From Saprospiraceae bacterium (GTDB lineage: Bacteria > Bacteroidota > Bacteroidia > Chitinophagales > Saprospiraceae), in contig JAHDGF010000004.1 in assembly GCA_020627785.1 (NCBI GenBank), forward strand, positions 58,352 to 122,351: DNA of 64,000 nt, written 5' to 3'. Shown piece after piece: positions 34,518-45,991 of this stretch (positions are counted from its first letter, which is position 1; every line of letters begins with the position of its first letter). Under the pieces are notes generated by a model that searched no databases, was not told where the DNA came from, and saw only the letters and a list, made by a program, of their open reading frames with translations. A program made the position numbers and the translations under genes.

Positions 34518-36167
34518 CTAATTTATATCCGCTAATATTTTTCTGTGCTTAAACTCCTTTTTAATCGTAGTTGTAAGCTTTCTTGATAAGTTGGTAAATC
34601 CTGCATTTTTAAGTCGCCTATTGGTTTCTTCAATAGCTTCTTTACTAGAATTTCCAATATGTGTAGACAGATGTTCTTTAACTAATTCCAAGTATAATTC
34701 ATATAAATCATCTTCTTCTAACTCAGATAACGAATCAAGGTATTCAAAACTTAAACTAAGGTCTTTCTCTTCTTTGATTTCTTCTGATAATTCCTTGATT
34801 CGATCAGTTACTTCTAGTAGATTTAATTTATCCTTGATCGGTGCGTTTTCAAATAACTTATCTAGTTTCTTTATGTTAGTCTTTGATAAGGTAGGTGTAG
34901 AAAGAACGATAAGATTTGTGATCATCGTGTAATCTTGGAATTTTTCAATCAGTAATTCCATGAACGCAAAAGCTTCATCAAATTTTTCATCAAACAAAAA
35001 TAGTTTGGTAGATAAGATGATTGTATTTTTTGAAAGTCTATCCTTTGGTTGAAGATCTTTAACTAATTCATGAAAAAGTTCTATGTCCTCCAATTGATAT
35101 AACTTATGAAGAGCTTCTGAAACGGTATCTAGCTTTACTGTATCAACAAAATCATCTATTAACTTTGGTTCAAGATTTCTAAGATAAAGTAGACATAAAA
35201 GATAGTTAACTCGAACCGGTTCTTTAGAAACAATAATGGGTGCATAAGCTTCAATAATTGTTTTAACCTCTTCAGAGTTTAGACTAATATTTTTATGAAT
35301 TGATCGTATCAAATTAACCTCACTAGGGGTGTAATAGGAACGGGTAATCAGTGTAAATAGTCCACTGTTTAACTCTGTTCGTAGTTCGGGGGCAATCTTT
35401 TTATCAAAAAGTGATTTTATACTTTCAATAAAGTCTTCTTCTACAGGAAGTAATCGACTAGGAGTATACTTGTAGTTTTTCTTGATGTAAGAGATTTTGT
35501 CTAATACATGAAATGAAATATACTTTGCTTCTCTGTATTGTTTTAAAATTAGGCAGTCTTCAATTTGATTTGATAAACTCTCTGCAAGCCTGTAAAAATC
35601 CCTTTTTTCCTTTGTTGTTAGATTTGGGTGCTTGTAGTTTTTTGGCTTAATGGCCGCATCTAAAAGATGCTTATATTTCTTATCATTATTTTCAAGATCA
35701 ATTTTGTTTGCAAAATGGACCTTAAGCGCCAATAAAAAGGATGGATCCTTTGATGCAAAGGTTTTTACAAATCTCTTGAGTTCTTCCGGATGGGATTTAT
35801 CCAATATCGAATTGACATTATATTTTGCTCTTTCAGCTTTTTGAGCTGCATTTTTAATCTTTTGCTTTTTAGCCTTGGCTTCTTTTTCAAGTTCTAAGTC
35901 TCTAATTCGCAATAGTGCAACGATGATGTGTTCACAATCGCCTTCAATCAAAAATTTGTGGCATTCACAGGTGAATTTTGGCTTTGGAGATTTTAGATAT
36001 ATCTCTACTTCCAATTTTTTCCCTTCAACCTGTAAGTCTAGATGCCAGAGTGTTCGACTAATTTGCCGGATTTTCTGGATTAAGTCAGGTTTTTCATACA
36101 ATTCTTCCGCAAAACCCCAAAGTATTTCGTCAGAATTTTGTTCTATATTTTCTAGTATTGCTCGCAT
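34518..36167 (-). CDS. SWIM zinc-finger protein with long helical C-terminal region
   Basis: CxCx8CxH at residues 67-80 (CECHKFLIEGDCEH, nt 35969-35928). The remainder is Lys/Glu/Leu-rich helical sequence. The stop is 4 nt from the pgmB ATG. Confidence 0.65.
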   Translation of the reverse strand: MRAILENIEQNSDEILWGFAEELYEKPDLIQKIRQISRTLWHLDLQVEGKKLEVEIYLKSPKPKFTCECHKFLIEGDCEHIIVALLRIRDLELEKEAKAKKQKIKNAAQKAERAKYNVNSILDKSHPEELKRFVKTFASKDPSFLLALKVHFANKIDLENNDKKYKHLLDAAIKPKNYKHPNLTTKEKRDFYRLAESLSNQIEDCLILKQYREAKYISFHVLDKISYIKKNYKYTPSRLLPVEEDFIESIKSLFDKKIAPELRTELNSGLFTLITRSYYTPSEVNLIRSIHKNISLNSEEVKTIIEAYAPIIVSKEPVRVNYLLCLLYLRNLEPKLIDDFVDTVKLDTVSEALHKLYQLEDIELFHELVKDLQPKDRLSKNTIILSTKLFLFDEKFDEAFAFMELLIEKFQDYTMITNLIVLSTPTLSKTNIKKLDKLFENAPIKDKLNLLEVTDRIKELSEEIKEEKDLSLSFEYLDSLSELEEDDLYELYLELVKEHLSTHIGNSSKEAIEETNRRLKNAGFTNLSRKLTTTIKKEFKHRKILADIN

Positions 36168-36227
36168 TCTTGTAGTAACTAATAAATATAGTTATAATTT
36201 CGTAGCATACACGATAACTTACCGTAA

Positions 36228-36725
36228 ATGAAAAATTTCTTTATTGTTAGGCATGCCAAAAGTAGTTGGTCTGAGCTTGGATTATCTGATATTGAGCGTC
36301 CATTAAATAAGCGAGGCAAGCATGATGCGCCTAAAATGGCAGAATATCTCAAAGAAAATCTAGGCGTGAACATAGATTATGTCATTGCTAGTCCAGCAGT
36401 TAGGGCTCAAAAGACTGCTGGTTATTTCTACAGTCAATTTCAACCTACAAAAGCACTTGATACCAGAAGAGATATTTATTTTGGTGATGTGGATGATTAT
36501 TTTGAAATATTAAAATCATTAGATTCAGATATATTTAATGTTTTACTTGTTGGACACAATCCACTCATAACTTTGTTTGTTAATCATTATGGTAAGATTG
36601 ATCTTGAAAATATCCCAACCTGCGGAGTCTCTCATTTTGAAACGAATGCAGAAAGTTGGAATGATTTAACCTTAGAAAATGTAAACTTGTTAAATATTTA
36701 CCTACCTAAAAAGTTGTTCTATTGA
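36228..36725 (+). CDS. histidine phosphatase superfamily protein, SixA-like
   Basis: RHAKS catalytic motif near the N-terminus, LVGHNP motif, 165 aa (SixA size class). Confidence 0.72.
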   Translation: MKNFFIVRHAKSSWSELGLSDIERPLNKRGKHDAPKMAEYLKENLGVNIDYVIASPAVRAQKTAGYFYSQFQPTKALDTRRDIYFGDVDDYFEILKSLDSDIFNVLLVGHNPLITLFVNHYGKIDLENIPTCGVSHFETNAESWNDLTLENVNLLNIYLPKKLFY

Positions 36726-37072
36726 AAAATATTTTTTTCATAGTTCTTAGTTTTATTCTCTTCTCTAGTTGTACTGGTGATGATGATTCAATAAATAAGC
36801 TAAAACCCGAAGATGCCCCACTAATTAATAAAATTGCCGATCTATATTTTATTGATATTTGGTTGTCAAGGTTGAGAGAACAGGATCGAGATAGTATGCG
36901 CATCGAGCTGAATAGACAATTTGTGGAATTACATGGGATTGAGGCGAAAGAAATGAAAGTGACCTTGAAAGAATTAGAAAACGATTCCAAAAGGTATGGG
37001 CTGATAATGGATAGTGTGATTGTAATTCTCAAGAACACACAACCTGCAAATAAAGAGCAAAGCAAAAAGTAA
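36722..37072 (+). CDS. small lipoprotein, unknown function
   Basis: The TTG start overlaps the SixA-like gene's stop. The lipoprotein signal is good (MKNIFFIVLSFILFSSCTGDD). The fully overlapping antisense ORF 36706-37065 is judged spurious. Confidence 0.55.
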   Translation: MKNIFFIVLSFILFSSCTGDDDSINKLKPEDAPLINKIADLYFIDIWLSRLREQDRDSMRIELNRQFVELHGIEAKEMKVTLKELENDSKRYGLIMDSVIVILKNTQPANKEQSKK

Positions 37073-37096
37073 TTTCAATTTTTGAAAAATTAAACA

Positions 37097-37780
37097 ATGC
37101 TGCAAAAAGCAAACATTCTAATTGTTGATGATGAAGAGGATATCCTTGAATTGCTTAAATACAATTTAACAAAAGAAGGATATGAAGTTGAAACTGCTAA
37201 AGACGGTTTTATCGCGCTTGATCTTTTAAACACCTTCAAACCTGATTTAATCTTATTGGATATAATGATGCCTGGGATGGATGGGGTAGAATTGTGTCAA
37301 AAAGTACGAGGCTTCCCTGAATCTGGAAATATTTTAATCTGCTTTTTGACTGCACGTTCAGAATCATTCACTCAGATAAGAGCACTTGATGCTGGAGGAG
37401 ATGATTTTATCAATAAGCCAATCAAACCTCAGGTTCTCATAAGTAGAATCAAGGCTGTTTTGAGAAGGCACCCAACACTGAATAAAAAGTCAGGTAAGAT
37501 TCAAAGATTTGGAGATCTTGAAATCAACTTTGAAAACTATGAAGTAACATTAAGTGATGACATAGTTAACTTAGCAAAAAAGGAATTCGAATTATTGAAA
37601 CTTTTGGCGTCAAGGCCTGGAAAAGTTTTTGAAAGAAAAGAGATTTTGGCCAAAGTTTGGGGCCTGGGCGTGATGGTAGGTGATCGCACAATAGATGTGC
37701 ACATTAGAAAACTTAGAGAAAAGATTGGCCCGAACTATATAAAAACAATGAAAGGAGTAGGTTATAAGTTTGATTTTTAA
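37097..37780 (+). CDS. OmpR/PhoB-family response regulator
   Basis: Receiver domain (ILIVDDEEDI, DLILLDIMMPGMDG, KP) plus a winged-helix output domain (TIDVHIRKLREKI, GVGYKF). Confidence 0.92.
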   Translation: MLQKANILIVDDEEDILELLKYNLTKEGYEVETAKDGFIALDLLNTFKPDLILLDIMMPGMDGVELCQKVRGFPESGNILICFLTARSESFTQIRALDAGGDDFINKPIKPQVLISRIKAVLRRHPTLNKKSGKIQRFGDLEINFENYEVTLSDDIVNLAKKEFELLKLLASRPGKVFERKEILAKVWGLGVMVGDRTIDVHIRKLREKIGPNYIKTMKGVGYKFDF

Positions 37781-37783
37781 TCC

Positions 37784-38845
37784 ATGCTTGAAAACACAAC
37801 CATAAGACAGACGAGTTGGTATCTTACCTTAACGATAATAGGCCTTTACCTTGGTGTTTTTTGTGTTTACCTATTGGTGTTTAATCATGATTTTGGAAAC
37901 TATAAATTAACTTTTGGTCTATTCTGTCTTCATTTTCTTTCTTTCTTTTTAGTTCATATGGTCATTCGATATTTTCTTGAATCATTTGTGGCCAGGAAAC
38001 TTGATTTTATTTACAAGTTGATAAGTGACAGAAAGATGAACTCCAAGCAAAAAGAATTAAAAGTAAATTCAAATACAACATCTATTGATGAAGTTCAAGA
38101 TGAGGTTTCTAAGTGGGTTGAAAATACTAAAAACGAAATCAGTTCAATCAAGTCTTTAGAAAACTATCGAAAGCAATATGTCGGTGTAATATCTCATGAA
38201 TTGAAAACACCTATTTTTACGATTCAGGGTTACATACACACTTTATTGGAGGGTGGTATTTATGATGAAAACATTAATCTAAAATATTTAGAAAGAGCCG
38301 CCAAAAATGTAGACAGACTAGAAACCATCGTAAATGATTTAGAACAAATCAACAAATTAGAATATGGCAAAATAATTTTGCAACAAACTCAATTTGACAT
38401 TTCTAAGTTAATTAAGGAGGTTATTCAAGATCTTCAAGGACAAGCTGACGAAAAAGAAATCAAATTAATATTCGAAGAGAATCCTGAATTGAATAAAATG
38501 GTGAAAGGGGATATTGAAAGTGTGCGAAAGGTTCTCATTAATTTAATCACGAATTCGATTAAATATGGAAGAGCAAAGGGTGAAACATCTATTAGTCATC
38601 ATTACTTAGGAGATAAAATATTGATTGAAGTTTCGGATGATGGCATTGGAATTCAAAAGGAACATCTAAAGCACCTTTATGATCGGTTTTATCGTGTTGA
38701 CCATAGTCGTTCGAGGGAACAGGGAGGGTCAGGTCTTGGTCTATCCATTGTAAAACACATTGTTGAAGCTCACGATCAAACAATCAATGTGAGGTCTACC
38801 TATGGAGAAGGTTCAACTTTTGGATTTACACTTGATAAAGGATAA
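37784..38845 (+). CDS. sensor histidine kinase (PhoR-like, two N-terminal TM helices)
   Basis: H-box (VISHELKTPIFTIQGY), N-box (LINLITNSIKY), G-boxes (DDGIGI, GGSGLGLSIV). Confidence 0.9.
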   Translation: MLENTTIRQTSWYLTLTIIGLYLGVFCVYLLVFNHDFGNYKLTFGLFCLHFLSFFLVHMVIRYFLESFVARKLDFIYKLISDRKMNSKQKELKVNSNTTSIDEVQDEVSKWVENTKNEISSIKSLENYRKQYVGVISHELKTPIFTIQGYIHTLLEGGIYDENINLKYLERAAKNVDRLETIVNDLEQINKLEYGKIILQQTQFDISKLIKEVIQDLQGQADEKEIKLIFEENPELNKMVKGDIESVRKVLINLITNSIKYGRAKGETSISHHYLGDKILIEVSDDGIGIQKEHLKHLYDRFYRVDHSRSREQGGSGLGLSIVKHIVEAHDQTINVRSTYGEGSTFGFTLDKG

Positions 38846-38850
38846 ACTCC

Positions 38851-40122
38851 TTATTCCGCCAGAAGTAGATTATTTACTGATTTAGCCGGTTCCGGAATTT
38901 CAACAAGGATTGACATAATGTCATTTTTCGCTTGCTCAAACTCAGGTAATTGCTCCGTTGGTAATGGATCCGCAGGAGGGAAATTCTCTCTTAAATGGTT
39001 TATTTGTTTTCCATTCTTCCAAAATCTGAAGCAAACATGGTTACCAGTCGCTAGACCAGTTTTACCAACATATCCGATAACCTGTCCTTGTTTTACTCTA
39101 ACCCCTTTCTTTATGCCTTTAGCAAAACCTGACATATGAAGGTATTGGCTTTGATATGTTTTATCGTGTCTGATTTTTACGTACTTCCCATTATTTCTTG
39201 TGAAGGCAACCTTTTCTACGACTCCATCTGAAACCGTAAAGATTGGAGTACCTCCAGCTGCTGCATAGTCTGTACCTAGGTGAGGAATTCTTCTTTTCTT
39301 AATTGGATGAAATCTTCTTAGGTTGTATCTAGAAGAAATTCTACTGTACTTTACTGGAGCTCTTAAAAATTGGCTTTTAGTTGGATGACCTTTTAGGTCA
39401 TAATGCCCGCCATATCTTTCATTCTCAAAGTAAATGGCATAATGATCACCTCTGTCATTCGTGTATTTAGCACCTAAAACATCACCATGACCAGCTTTTT
39501 TTCCATCTACATGAAGTTCTTCATACATTAAATAGAATTTATCTCCTTTCTGAGTATGGTAGAAATCTACTGCTGAGGATAGTGCATCTTCCATTTTATC
39601 AATGAGTACTGGGGATAAGCCACTTTGAATCATTGCATCCCATAAGGAACCTTCAATAATGCCCGAAGCGGTCTCAATGCAAGTTTCTACAGGTTTATTT
39701 ACTTGTTGTATGGTTGCTTTGTCATTGAAGAAATATTGAACATAACTGAACTTATCTGGCTCATATACTAGGCATAATGGCTCACCACATTCTTCTTTTC
39801 TAACAAGTGTGTAGTTTTTTCCAGCTTTGAAATTTCTTGTACTGAAGATTTCCTTGCTGCTATTTTCTATCTCTACAATTTTCTTGAAATTGATTCCTTC
39901 ATACAAAAGGATATCACTTAAGTATAAATTTGGTTCAATCTTATAAGTATCGAAATGGTATGAATCGCTTTCAAAACCGTATAAATGCGAGATTTGCTCT
40001 TCTTCTTCGTTTTTTTGGTGCGATGATTCGTTGGAGTTAAAGCTGGACAAAGTCACTGAAATAAAAACTCCAAGCAACACCAATCCTAATGCATTGAATG
40101 CGTAGATTTTCTGACTGCTCAC
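38851..40122 (-). CDS. M23-family metallopeptidase
   Basis: HLGTDYAA (HxxxD) and GNHVCFRF (HxH-type) motifs, plus an N-terminal membrane anchor. The track start codon is GTG. Confidence 0.85.
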   Translation of the reverse strand: MSSQKIYAFNALGLVLLGVFISVTLSSFNSNESSHQKNEEEEQISHLYGFESDSYHFDTYKIEPNLYLSDILLYEGINFKKIVEIENSSKEIFSTRNFKAGKNYTLVRKEECGEPLCLVYEPDKFSYVQYFFNDKATIQQVNKPVETCIETASGIIEGSLWDAMIQSGLSPVLIDKMEDALSSAVDFYHTQKGDKFYLMYEELHVDGKKAGHGDVLGAKYTNDRGDHYAIYFENERYGGHYDLKGHPTKSQFLRAPVKYSRISSRYNLRRFHPIKKRRIPHLGTDYAAAGGTPIFTVSDGVVEKVAFTRNNGKYVKIRHDKTYQSQYLHMSGFAKGIKKGVRVKQGQVIGYVGKTGLATGNHVCFRFWKNGKQINHLRENFPPADPLPTEQLPEFEQAKNDIMSILVEIPEPAKSVNNLLLAE

Positions 40123-40258
40123 TGGTTATAATTGTTTTATCGAGGGTTGTGTAAGTCCCTGTGGCTAAGTTAATCAATAATCATTCTAATCTTTTAAAAA
40201 ATGGGTGTAAAATAATGTTAGATAATACATGTGGAAAATTTCTTACATTTCATTCTGT

Positions 40259-41068
40259 ATGAATAACATAATTAACTTTTTGGCACCCCAAGTGATGGGT
40301 ATTATAAATTGTACTCCTGATTCATTTTATTCTGAATCAAGAATAAACAGCGTAACAGCCGCTTTAAATCTGGCTGAAAAAATGATAAATGACGGAGCTG
40401 ATATTATCGATGTTGGAGCCATGTCAAGTAGGCCCGGTGCCGAAAACATTGGGCCTCATGAAGAATGGGAGCGGATGAAAGAGATCTTAGTTGAACTGCG
40501 AAAAGAATACCCAAGCGTGCCAATTTCAGTTGATACTTATCATGGTTCTGTGGCACATCAAGCCTTAGATATAGGGATAGATATGATCAATGATATCTCT
40601 GGTTTTCAACATGATATAAGTATCCTTGAAGCTGTCGATAAGCATAACGCTTATTATTGTTTGATGCACATGCAGAACTCTCCTCAAACCATGCAAAATG
40701 ACCCTAATTATCAAGATGTAGTCTTAGAAGTTTTTGAGTTCCTCAAAGCCAAACTAAAAATATTAAGAGATAAAGGTATTCATAAGGTCATTGTTGATCC
40801 CGGCTTTGGGTTTGGAAAGACTATTGAGCATAATTACGTGTTATTGAAACAGTTAGAGGTATTTCAGATTCTGAATAAACCAGTTTTGGCCGGCATAAGT
40901 AGAAAGTCAATGATTACTAAACTTCTAGGTATAGAGTCCGATGAGGCCCTACCAGCTACGACTGCTCTTCATTTAATAGCCTTGCAAAATGGAGCAAATA
41001 TTTTGCGAGTACATGATGTTTTGGAAGCCAAACAAGCAATTAAGCTTCATGAGCAATTGAGGGAATGA
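40259..41068 (+). CDS. folP: dihydropteroate synthase
   Basis: MGIINCTPDSF, DVGAMSSRPGA, DPGFGFGK and RVHDV motifs. The ATG at 40259 (MNNIINF) is preferred over the track start at 40229. Confidence 0.92.
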   Translation: MNNIINFLAPQVMGIINCTPDSFYSESRINSVTAALNLAEKMINDGADIIDVGAMSSRPGAENIGPHEEWERMKEILVELRKEYPSVPISVDTYHGSVAHQALDIGIDMINDISGFQHDISILEAVDKHNAYYCLMHMQNSPQTMQNDPNYQDVVLEVFEFLKAKLKILRDKGIHKVIVDPGFGFGKTIEHNYVLLKQLEVFQILNKPVLAGISRKSMITKLLGIESDEALPATTALHLIALQNGANILRVHDVLEAKQAIKLHEQLRE

Positions 41069-41074
41069 AAAATT

Positions 41075-41096
41075 AAGAATTGGTTAAATTCTTTTC
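41075..41096 (+). terminator. weak candidate terminator after folP
   Basis: AAGAATT-ggtta-AATTCTT (7-bp A/T-rich stem) followed by TTCT. Low predicted stability. Confidence 0.25.
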
Positions 41097-41149
41097 TCAT
41101 CCATTAGTTTGCGAACTTTACAATGTTATAGAAGTAAGCATTATCAGAT

Positions 41150-44100
41150 TTGGATAAGAAATCTTCATTTAAATTGTCAAGGGTCTTCCTTTGGCTACTG
41201 TGGACTATTGCAATCATTATATTCATAATGGCCATATCTTCCTATGTCTTTTCCAAACCTAAATTCCAAAATTGGGCAGTAGATAAAATCTCTAGTAGAC
41301 TTTCTGAAAGGTTAGATGCCAACATTTCTATTGATAGCGTATCCTTAGATATTTACAGGGGAGTGAAAATTTGGGATGTAGCTGTGCTGGAAGAAAATGG
41401 TGATACTTTGATGATTGGCTCCCAATTGTGTAGCTCACTCAGCAACAATCTCTACAGCCTAATCAATAACAAGCTTTATTTAAATGATATTTATCTAAAA
41501 GATATTTTCATTAATGTTGATACCAAGAGTAATGCTGAATATTCAAATTGGCAAAAGCTTTTTAAAAGCTCGAAAAATGAGGTGGAATCCGGAACTCCAG
41601 AGGGTGACCCATCAACATTTTTCCTGCAGTTGAATTCTATTGAACTAGAGAATGTACGATATCGGAATAAAACATCGAGTCTTGAGCAATCAATTTCTTT
41701 AGAGTATGGTAAAATATTTATTGACTCATTAAATCTAGATTCATTATTTTTTCATACCAAATCTGTTGAATTAAGAAATCCAACTATAGAGTTAATCACC
41801 GGAAATCAAGAGGAAACTCAACCAGAGTTAAAAAGTGAAAATGCAGAGATAACGGAAAATCTTTCTGAAGGACTGAATAAAAAAATAGAATTGATTTTTC
41901 CAAAGGTATTCATCGATAAACTCAATATTGTTGATGGTCAAGTTTGGACTAAAAATATTTCCTCCTTGACTGGGAAACGGGAGCTAGATTTAAACAACCT
42001 TCGCATAGACAATCTGAATCTTGATGTTGAAAAGATCAACTTTTCAGGAATACAAAATTCAAGCTTTATCCTGAATAATTTGTCTGGTATTTTGGATGAG
42101 AAAATTGATTTAAAAAATGTCTCTTCTTCTTCATTTGCCTTGAGCGAAAAAGAAATTGAGATAGCTGATTTTTACTTATTGACAGACAACAGTTCGATTA
42201 AGTCTAAAAATCAAATCAAATTCCGATCCTTGGAAGATTTTAAAACTTTTGAGGATAAGGTTCTGCTTGATATCCAGTTTGAAAAATCAATACTAAATGT
42301 TGAAGAGTTATCATATTTAGTTCCAGGGATGAGTGCCTCAGGGTTAATCAATAAAAATTTAGGTGAACACATCTATATTGATGGGCAAGTAAAAGGAAGG
42401 GTTAATAATTTCTTTACTAAAGATCTAACCCTTCGAATTTCAGATAAGGTACTGTTTAATGGAAAAGTGAGAATTAGAAATATTACTGAACCGGTGAAGT
42501 CGACCTTTAGTATTGAGGTAGATCGAATGCAGACATCTATGTCTTCTTTAGCCCAAATCATTCCGAATTTTCGGCCCCCTGAAAATTTTTATAAACTTGG
42601 TAAAATTGATTTCAATGGAAGATTTGATGGTCTAATTTATAATTTGGTAGCCTACGGAAATCTAAAAACTGATTTAGGTAAGGTAGATTTAGATATGCAA
42701 TTAGATCTCGAAGATGGAAGAGATAAGGCAAAATATTCGGGAGAAATTGATCTGCAGAAATTTGATTTAGCAAGATGGAGTGGGAACTCAGAATTTGAAA
42801 AACTAACCTTAAAGGCAGCAGTTAAGAATGGATCAGGATTGGTATTCAATACAGCCAATGCTGATTTAGAAGCATCCGTTCAGGATTTCAGTTTTAGAGG
42901 CTATCAATACAATGATTTAATTCTCAATGGTAAGTTGGAAAAAAATCAATTTGATGGAAAATTTACCTTGAAAGATCCTTCAGCGGATCTAGATTTTGAT
43001 GGAAATTTTCTTTTAGTTGACAATAAAATCGTTGGTGACTTTACTACCAATATAAATAATTTAGACCTTTGGGAATTGAACTTATCTCAAGATACCATCT
43101 CATTATCTGGGGATATGGATGTAAGTATTGAAGGAAGTAACATTGATGATTTTATTGGTCAGGCAATATTTAAAGATTTAATTATTAACCGTTCTGACAA
43201 GCAGAGTATATTCAAAGAGTTAGAAATAAGTTCTGAGCCAATAGCTAATTCTGGTAGAGACTTAATCATTGATTCGGAATCATTTTATGCGGAACTATAC
43301 GGACAATTTAATTTGGCTTCTTTAGGTAATGATGTCCAAGCACTTGTATATGAAAAATATCCGGACTGGGCAGAATACCTTGGACTTAAAGATGCCCAAA
43401 TACAAAACACTCAAAAGTTCAAAGTAGACATAGAGATTATTGACGGAGACCCTTTGTTGAATTTCTTTGAAACTCAGGATTTAAGTATTGATAATTTGGT
43501 CTTGAATGGAAATGTTGACGCCACCAATGCGATCATTGATTTGTCATCAAATGCGGATTCAATTTCTTTTAAAAAGTTTAAGGTTTTAGGTTTCAATTCC
43601 TTACTCAATTCAAAGTTGAACGAGTTTAATTTCACAACAGATACAAAAGATTTATTAATAAATGATAATGTCCATAATGGGGTTGATCTTGATGCAACTA
43701 TGAAAGATGATATCATTACAGTTGCTTTTGATTCAGGTGATCTCTTGGATACGGTAGGTCGAATAAAAACATTAATTAAAGCTTTTCCTCAGGGAGATGA
43801 ATTAGTGGTGAAGATGGAGGAGAATGATTGGGATATGCTAGGAACTAATTGGGCATTTAATCCTAAGAATTCTATCAAACTAGGTAAAAAGAAAATTGAT
43901 ATTTCAGATTTTGCTCTTACGGATGGGAAAAGAAGAGTTGAGCTGAAAAGTCGGAATAGTGAAGACCTAATTTTTCATTTAGCGGATGTAGATATTTCTC
44001 TTATAAACCCATTGGTTGATAATCCAAAATTTACCTTCTTCGGCGAGAGTTTTATAAATTTTCAAGTGCTGAAAATTTTTGATAAACCTACGATTCAAGG

Positions 44101-45991
44101 AAGTTTTGTAATTCCTGAATTAATTTTCAATGACGAGGCCTACGGAGCACTCAATTTGTTGGTTGAAGATATGTCTGATGATAAAACAAAAATTGATCTA
44201 AATCTCATTCGATCAGAAGATGATCAAATGGTAGTCTTTGATGGTTTCGTTAATAATAGAGATCAAAGTATTGACGGTTTACTCACAGCTGACAATTTTA
44301 AATTGAGCTTTTTTAGGCATTTAATATTGGAAGGTATATCTGAAACACAAGGGCACTTTGATTTAAGTTGCCAAGTAAAAGGAACCCTTCAAGAACCGAG
44401 ACTTCTTGGAAGAGCAATAATGCATGACGGAGCAGTAAGAGTTGATTACATAGGCAATAAAATTTTCTTTGATCAACAGGAAGTAAGAATCAATGAAAAG
44501 GTAATCGATGTAACGGGTGGAATAATTAAAGATAGGCTAGGAAATGAGGCTGTTCTCACAGGTGGATTGTATCACACCTATCTTACCGATGCCATTATGG
44601 GATTAAATATATCCTCTGATCGTTTTTTATTATTAGATACAGACAAGAAGGATAATCCCTCTTATTATGGGACTGGTATAGGAAGCGCAAGTGTTGACTT
44701 TAGTGGGCCTTTTGAGCTTGCGCAAATTAATATTACTGCTACAACAGGACTTGGTTCAAATCTTAGTATTCCAGTCCAAGCAACGGTAGAAAACTATGAT
44801 GAGAGTTTTATACATTTTGTAGAGTCCGGTACTTTACTGGAAGTTCAAGATGAATTGACAGATGATAATTCAATTCTGGAAGGGGTTAATATTGAAATGA
44901 ATTTGACCATTACTCCTGAAGCCATGATTAACATCATCTTTGACGAACAATTAAATGATGTTATTAAGGGCAGGGGTACAAGTAACCTTAGAATCAACAT
45001 CGAACGAACAGGAGCTTTTGATATTTTTGGTCAGTATGTTGTAGAAGAGGGCGATTACCTTTTTACAGCCATGGGATTATTGGCTAAACCTTTTCAAGTT
45101 CAGCGAGGAGGTACCATAACCTGGACCGGTGATCCATTAAATGCAGCCTTAGATTTCAAAGCAGTTTATTCAGGCTTGCGGACCGGTGTTGATGTGTTTT
45201 TAGCCGAGTACTTGACAACAGGTCTAGAGGACATCCAAAAAGAAGCGAATAGAAAAACAGATGTTTCCTTATTACTAGATATTGGAGGATCACTTTACAG
45301 TCCGGATATAAACTTTGATATTGCTTTTCCAGAACTTCAAGGAGAGCTAAAGTCATATGCTGATAGTAAGATGAGAACGCTTAGGTCAAATCCAACTGAC
45401 CTTAATGATCAAGTTGCCGGACTTTTGATTTTTGGTTCTTTCTTGCCTAGTGACAATCCATTGAATTCTATCACGCAGAATAATTTAATTCAGACAGGTT
45501 ATAATACGCTAAGTGAATTTGCAACCAACCAATTGTCATTTTTGCTTTCAGGGCTTGTTGAAGAAGCACTAATTGACAATGGTTTAATTTCTGGTCTCGA
45601 TTTCCAGATTGGATTTAGTAAGAATAATGATTACACAGTGACGAATGCTACTGTCTTACCAGATGAGGTTGAGGTGATTATTAAACCTAGATTTAAGAAT
45701 GATCGTTGGTCCGCGGATTTAGGAACTAATTATGTTAGGCAAGATGATTTTTTAGGGAATGACAACTATGCTTATTATGATTTTGGTTTGGAATATTCCT
45801 TAACGCAAGATGGGCGTTTAAAGCTAAAATTCTTTAGTAAAAACGACATCGATTTTGCCGAACAAGTAAGGGAAAATCAATTTGGAGCAGGGATCAGATA
45901 TCGTAAAGAGTTTGGTACTCTTGCTGAGTTCAAAGATGTACTGAAAAGGCAGATTGAAACAGATCTTAATTTAAAAGGGAATAGCAATTAG
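41150..45991 (+). CDS. tamB: translocation/assembly module protein TamB-like (DUF490 C-terminus)
   Basis: 1613 aa, N-terminal signal-anchor ([22 protein letters not shown]), long beta-rich body, conserved C-terminal region. TTG start. Confidence 0.75.
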   Translation: MDKKSSFKLSRVFLWLLWTIAIIIFIMAISSYVFSKPKFQNWAVDKISSRLSERLDANISIDSVSLDIYRGVKIWDVAVLEENGDTLMIGSQLCSSLSNNLYSLINNKLYLNDIYLKDIFINVDTKSNAEYSNWQKLFKSSKNEVESGTPEGDPSTFFLQLNSIELENVRYRNKTSSLEQSISLEYGKIFIDSLNLDSLFFHTKSVELRNPTIELITGNQEETQPELKSENAEITENLSEGLNKKIELIFPKVFIDKLNIVDGQVWTKNISSLTGKRELDLNNLRIDNLNLDVEKINFSGIQNSSFILNNLSGILDEKIDLKNVSSSSFALSEKEIEIADFYLLTDNSSIKSKNQIKFRSLEDFKTFEDKVLLDIQFEKSILNVEELSYLVPGMSASGLINKNLGEHIYIDGQVKGRVNNFFTKDLTLRISDKVLFNGKVRIRNITEPVKSTFSIEVDRMQTSMSSLAQIIPNFRPPENFYKLGKIDFNGRFDGLIYNLVAYGNLKTDLGKVDLDMQLDLEDGRDKAKYSGEIDLQKFDLARWSGNSEFEKLTLKAAVKNGSGLVFNTANADLEASVQDFSFRGYQYNDLILNGKLEKNQFDGKFTLKDPSADLDFDGNFLLVDNKIVGDFTTNINNLDLWELNLSQDTISLSGDMDVSIEGSNIDDFIGQAIFKDLIINRSDKQSIFKELEISSEPIANSGRDLIIDSESFYAELYGQFNLASLGNDVQALVYEKYPDWAEYLGLKDAQIQNTQKFKVDIEIIDGDPLLNFFETQDLSIDNLVLNGNVDATNAIIDLSSNADSISFKKFKVLGFNSLLNSKLNEFNFTTDTKDLLINDNVHNGVDLDATMKDDIITVAFDSGDLLDTVGRIKTLIKAFPQGDELVVKMEENDWDMLGTNWAFNPKNSIKLGKKKIDISDFALTDGKRRVELKSRNSEDLIFHLADVDISLINPLVDNPKFTFFGESFINFQVLKIFDKPTIQGSFVIPELIFNDEAYGALNLLVEDMSDDKTKIDLNLIRSEDDQMVVFDGFVNNRDQSIDGLLTADNFKLSFFRHLILEGISETQGHFDLSCQVKGTLQEPRLLGRAIMHDGAVRVDYIGNKIFFDQQEVRINEKVIDVTGGIIKDRLGNEAVLTGGLYHTYLTDAIMGLNISSDRFLLLDTDKKDNPSYYGTGIGSASVDFSGPFELAQINITATTGLGSNLSIPVQATVENYDESFIHFVESGTLLEVQDELTDDNSILEGVNIEMNLTITPEAMINIIFDEQLNDVIKGRGTSNLRINIERTGAFDIFGQYVVEEGDYLFTAMGLLAKPFQVQRGGTITWTGDPLNAALDFKAVYSGLRTGVDVFLAEYLTTGLEDIQKEANRKTDVSLLLDIGGSLYSPDINFDIAFPELQGELKSYADSKMRTLRSNPTDLNDQVAGLLIFGSFLPSDNPLNSITQNNLIQTGYNTLSEFATNQLSFLLSGLVEEALIDNGLISGLDFQIGFSKNNDYTVTNATVLPDEVEVIIKPRFKNDRWSADLGTNYVRQDDFLGNDNYAYYDFGLEYSLTQDGRLKLKFFSKNDIDFAEQVRENQFGAGIRYRKEFGTLAEFKDVLKRQIETDLNLKGNSN

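Noticed and set aside
36706-37065. 119-aa minus-strand ORF fully overlapping the plus-strand 116-aa ORF (a mirror pair)
   Set aside because: The plus-strand product has a textbook lipoprotein signal and sits in an operon with the neighbouring plus-strand genes. The minus-strand product is low-complexity Ser/Leu/Ile-rich. Only the plus-strand gene was kept.
41150-45991. TamB-like gene without an adjacent TamA/BamA-family partner, and a second AsmA-family giant at 17298-20411
   Set aside because: Unlinked tamB and asmA genes are, to my knowledge, common in Bacteroidota. Nothing in the sequence suggests an unusual arrangement.
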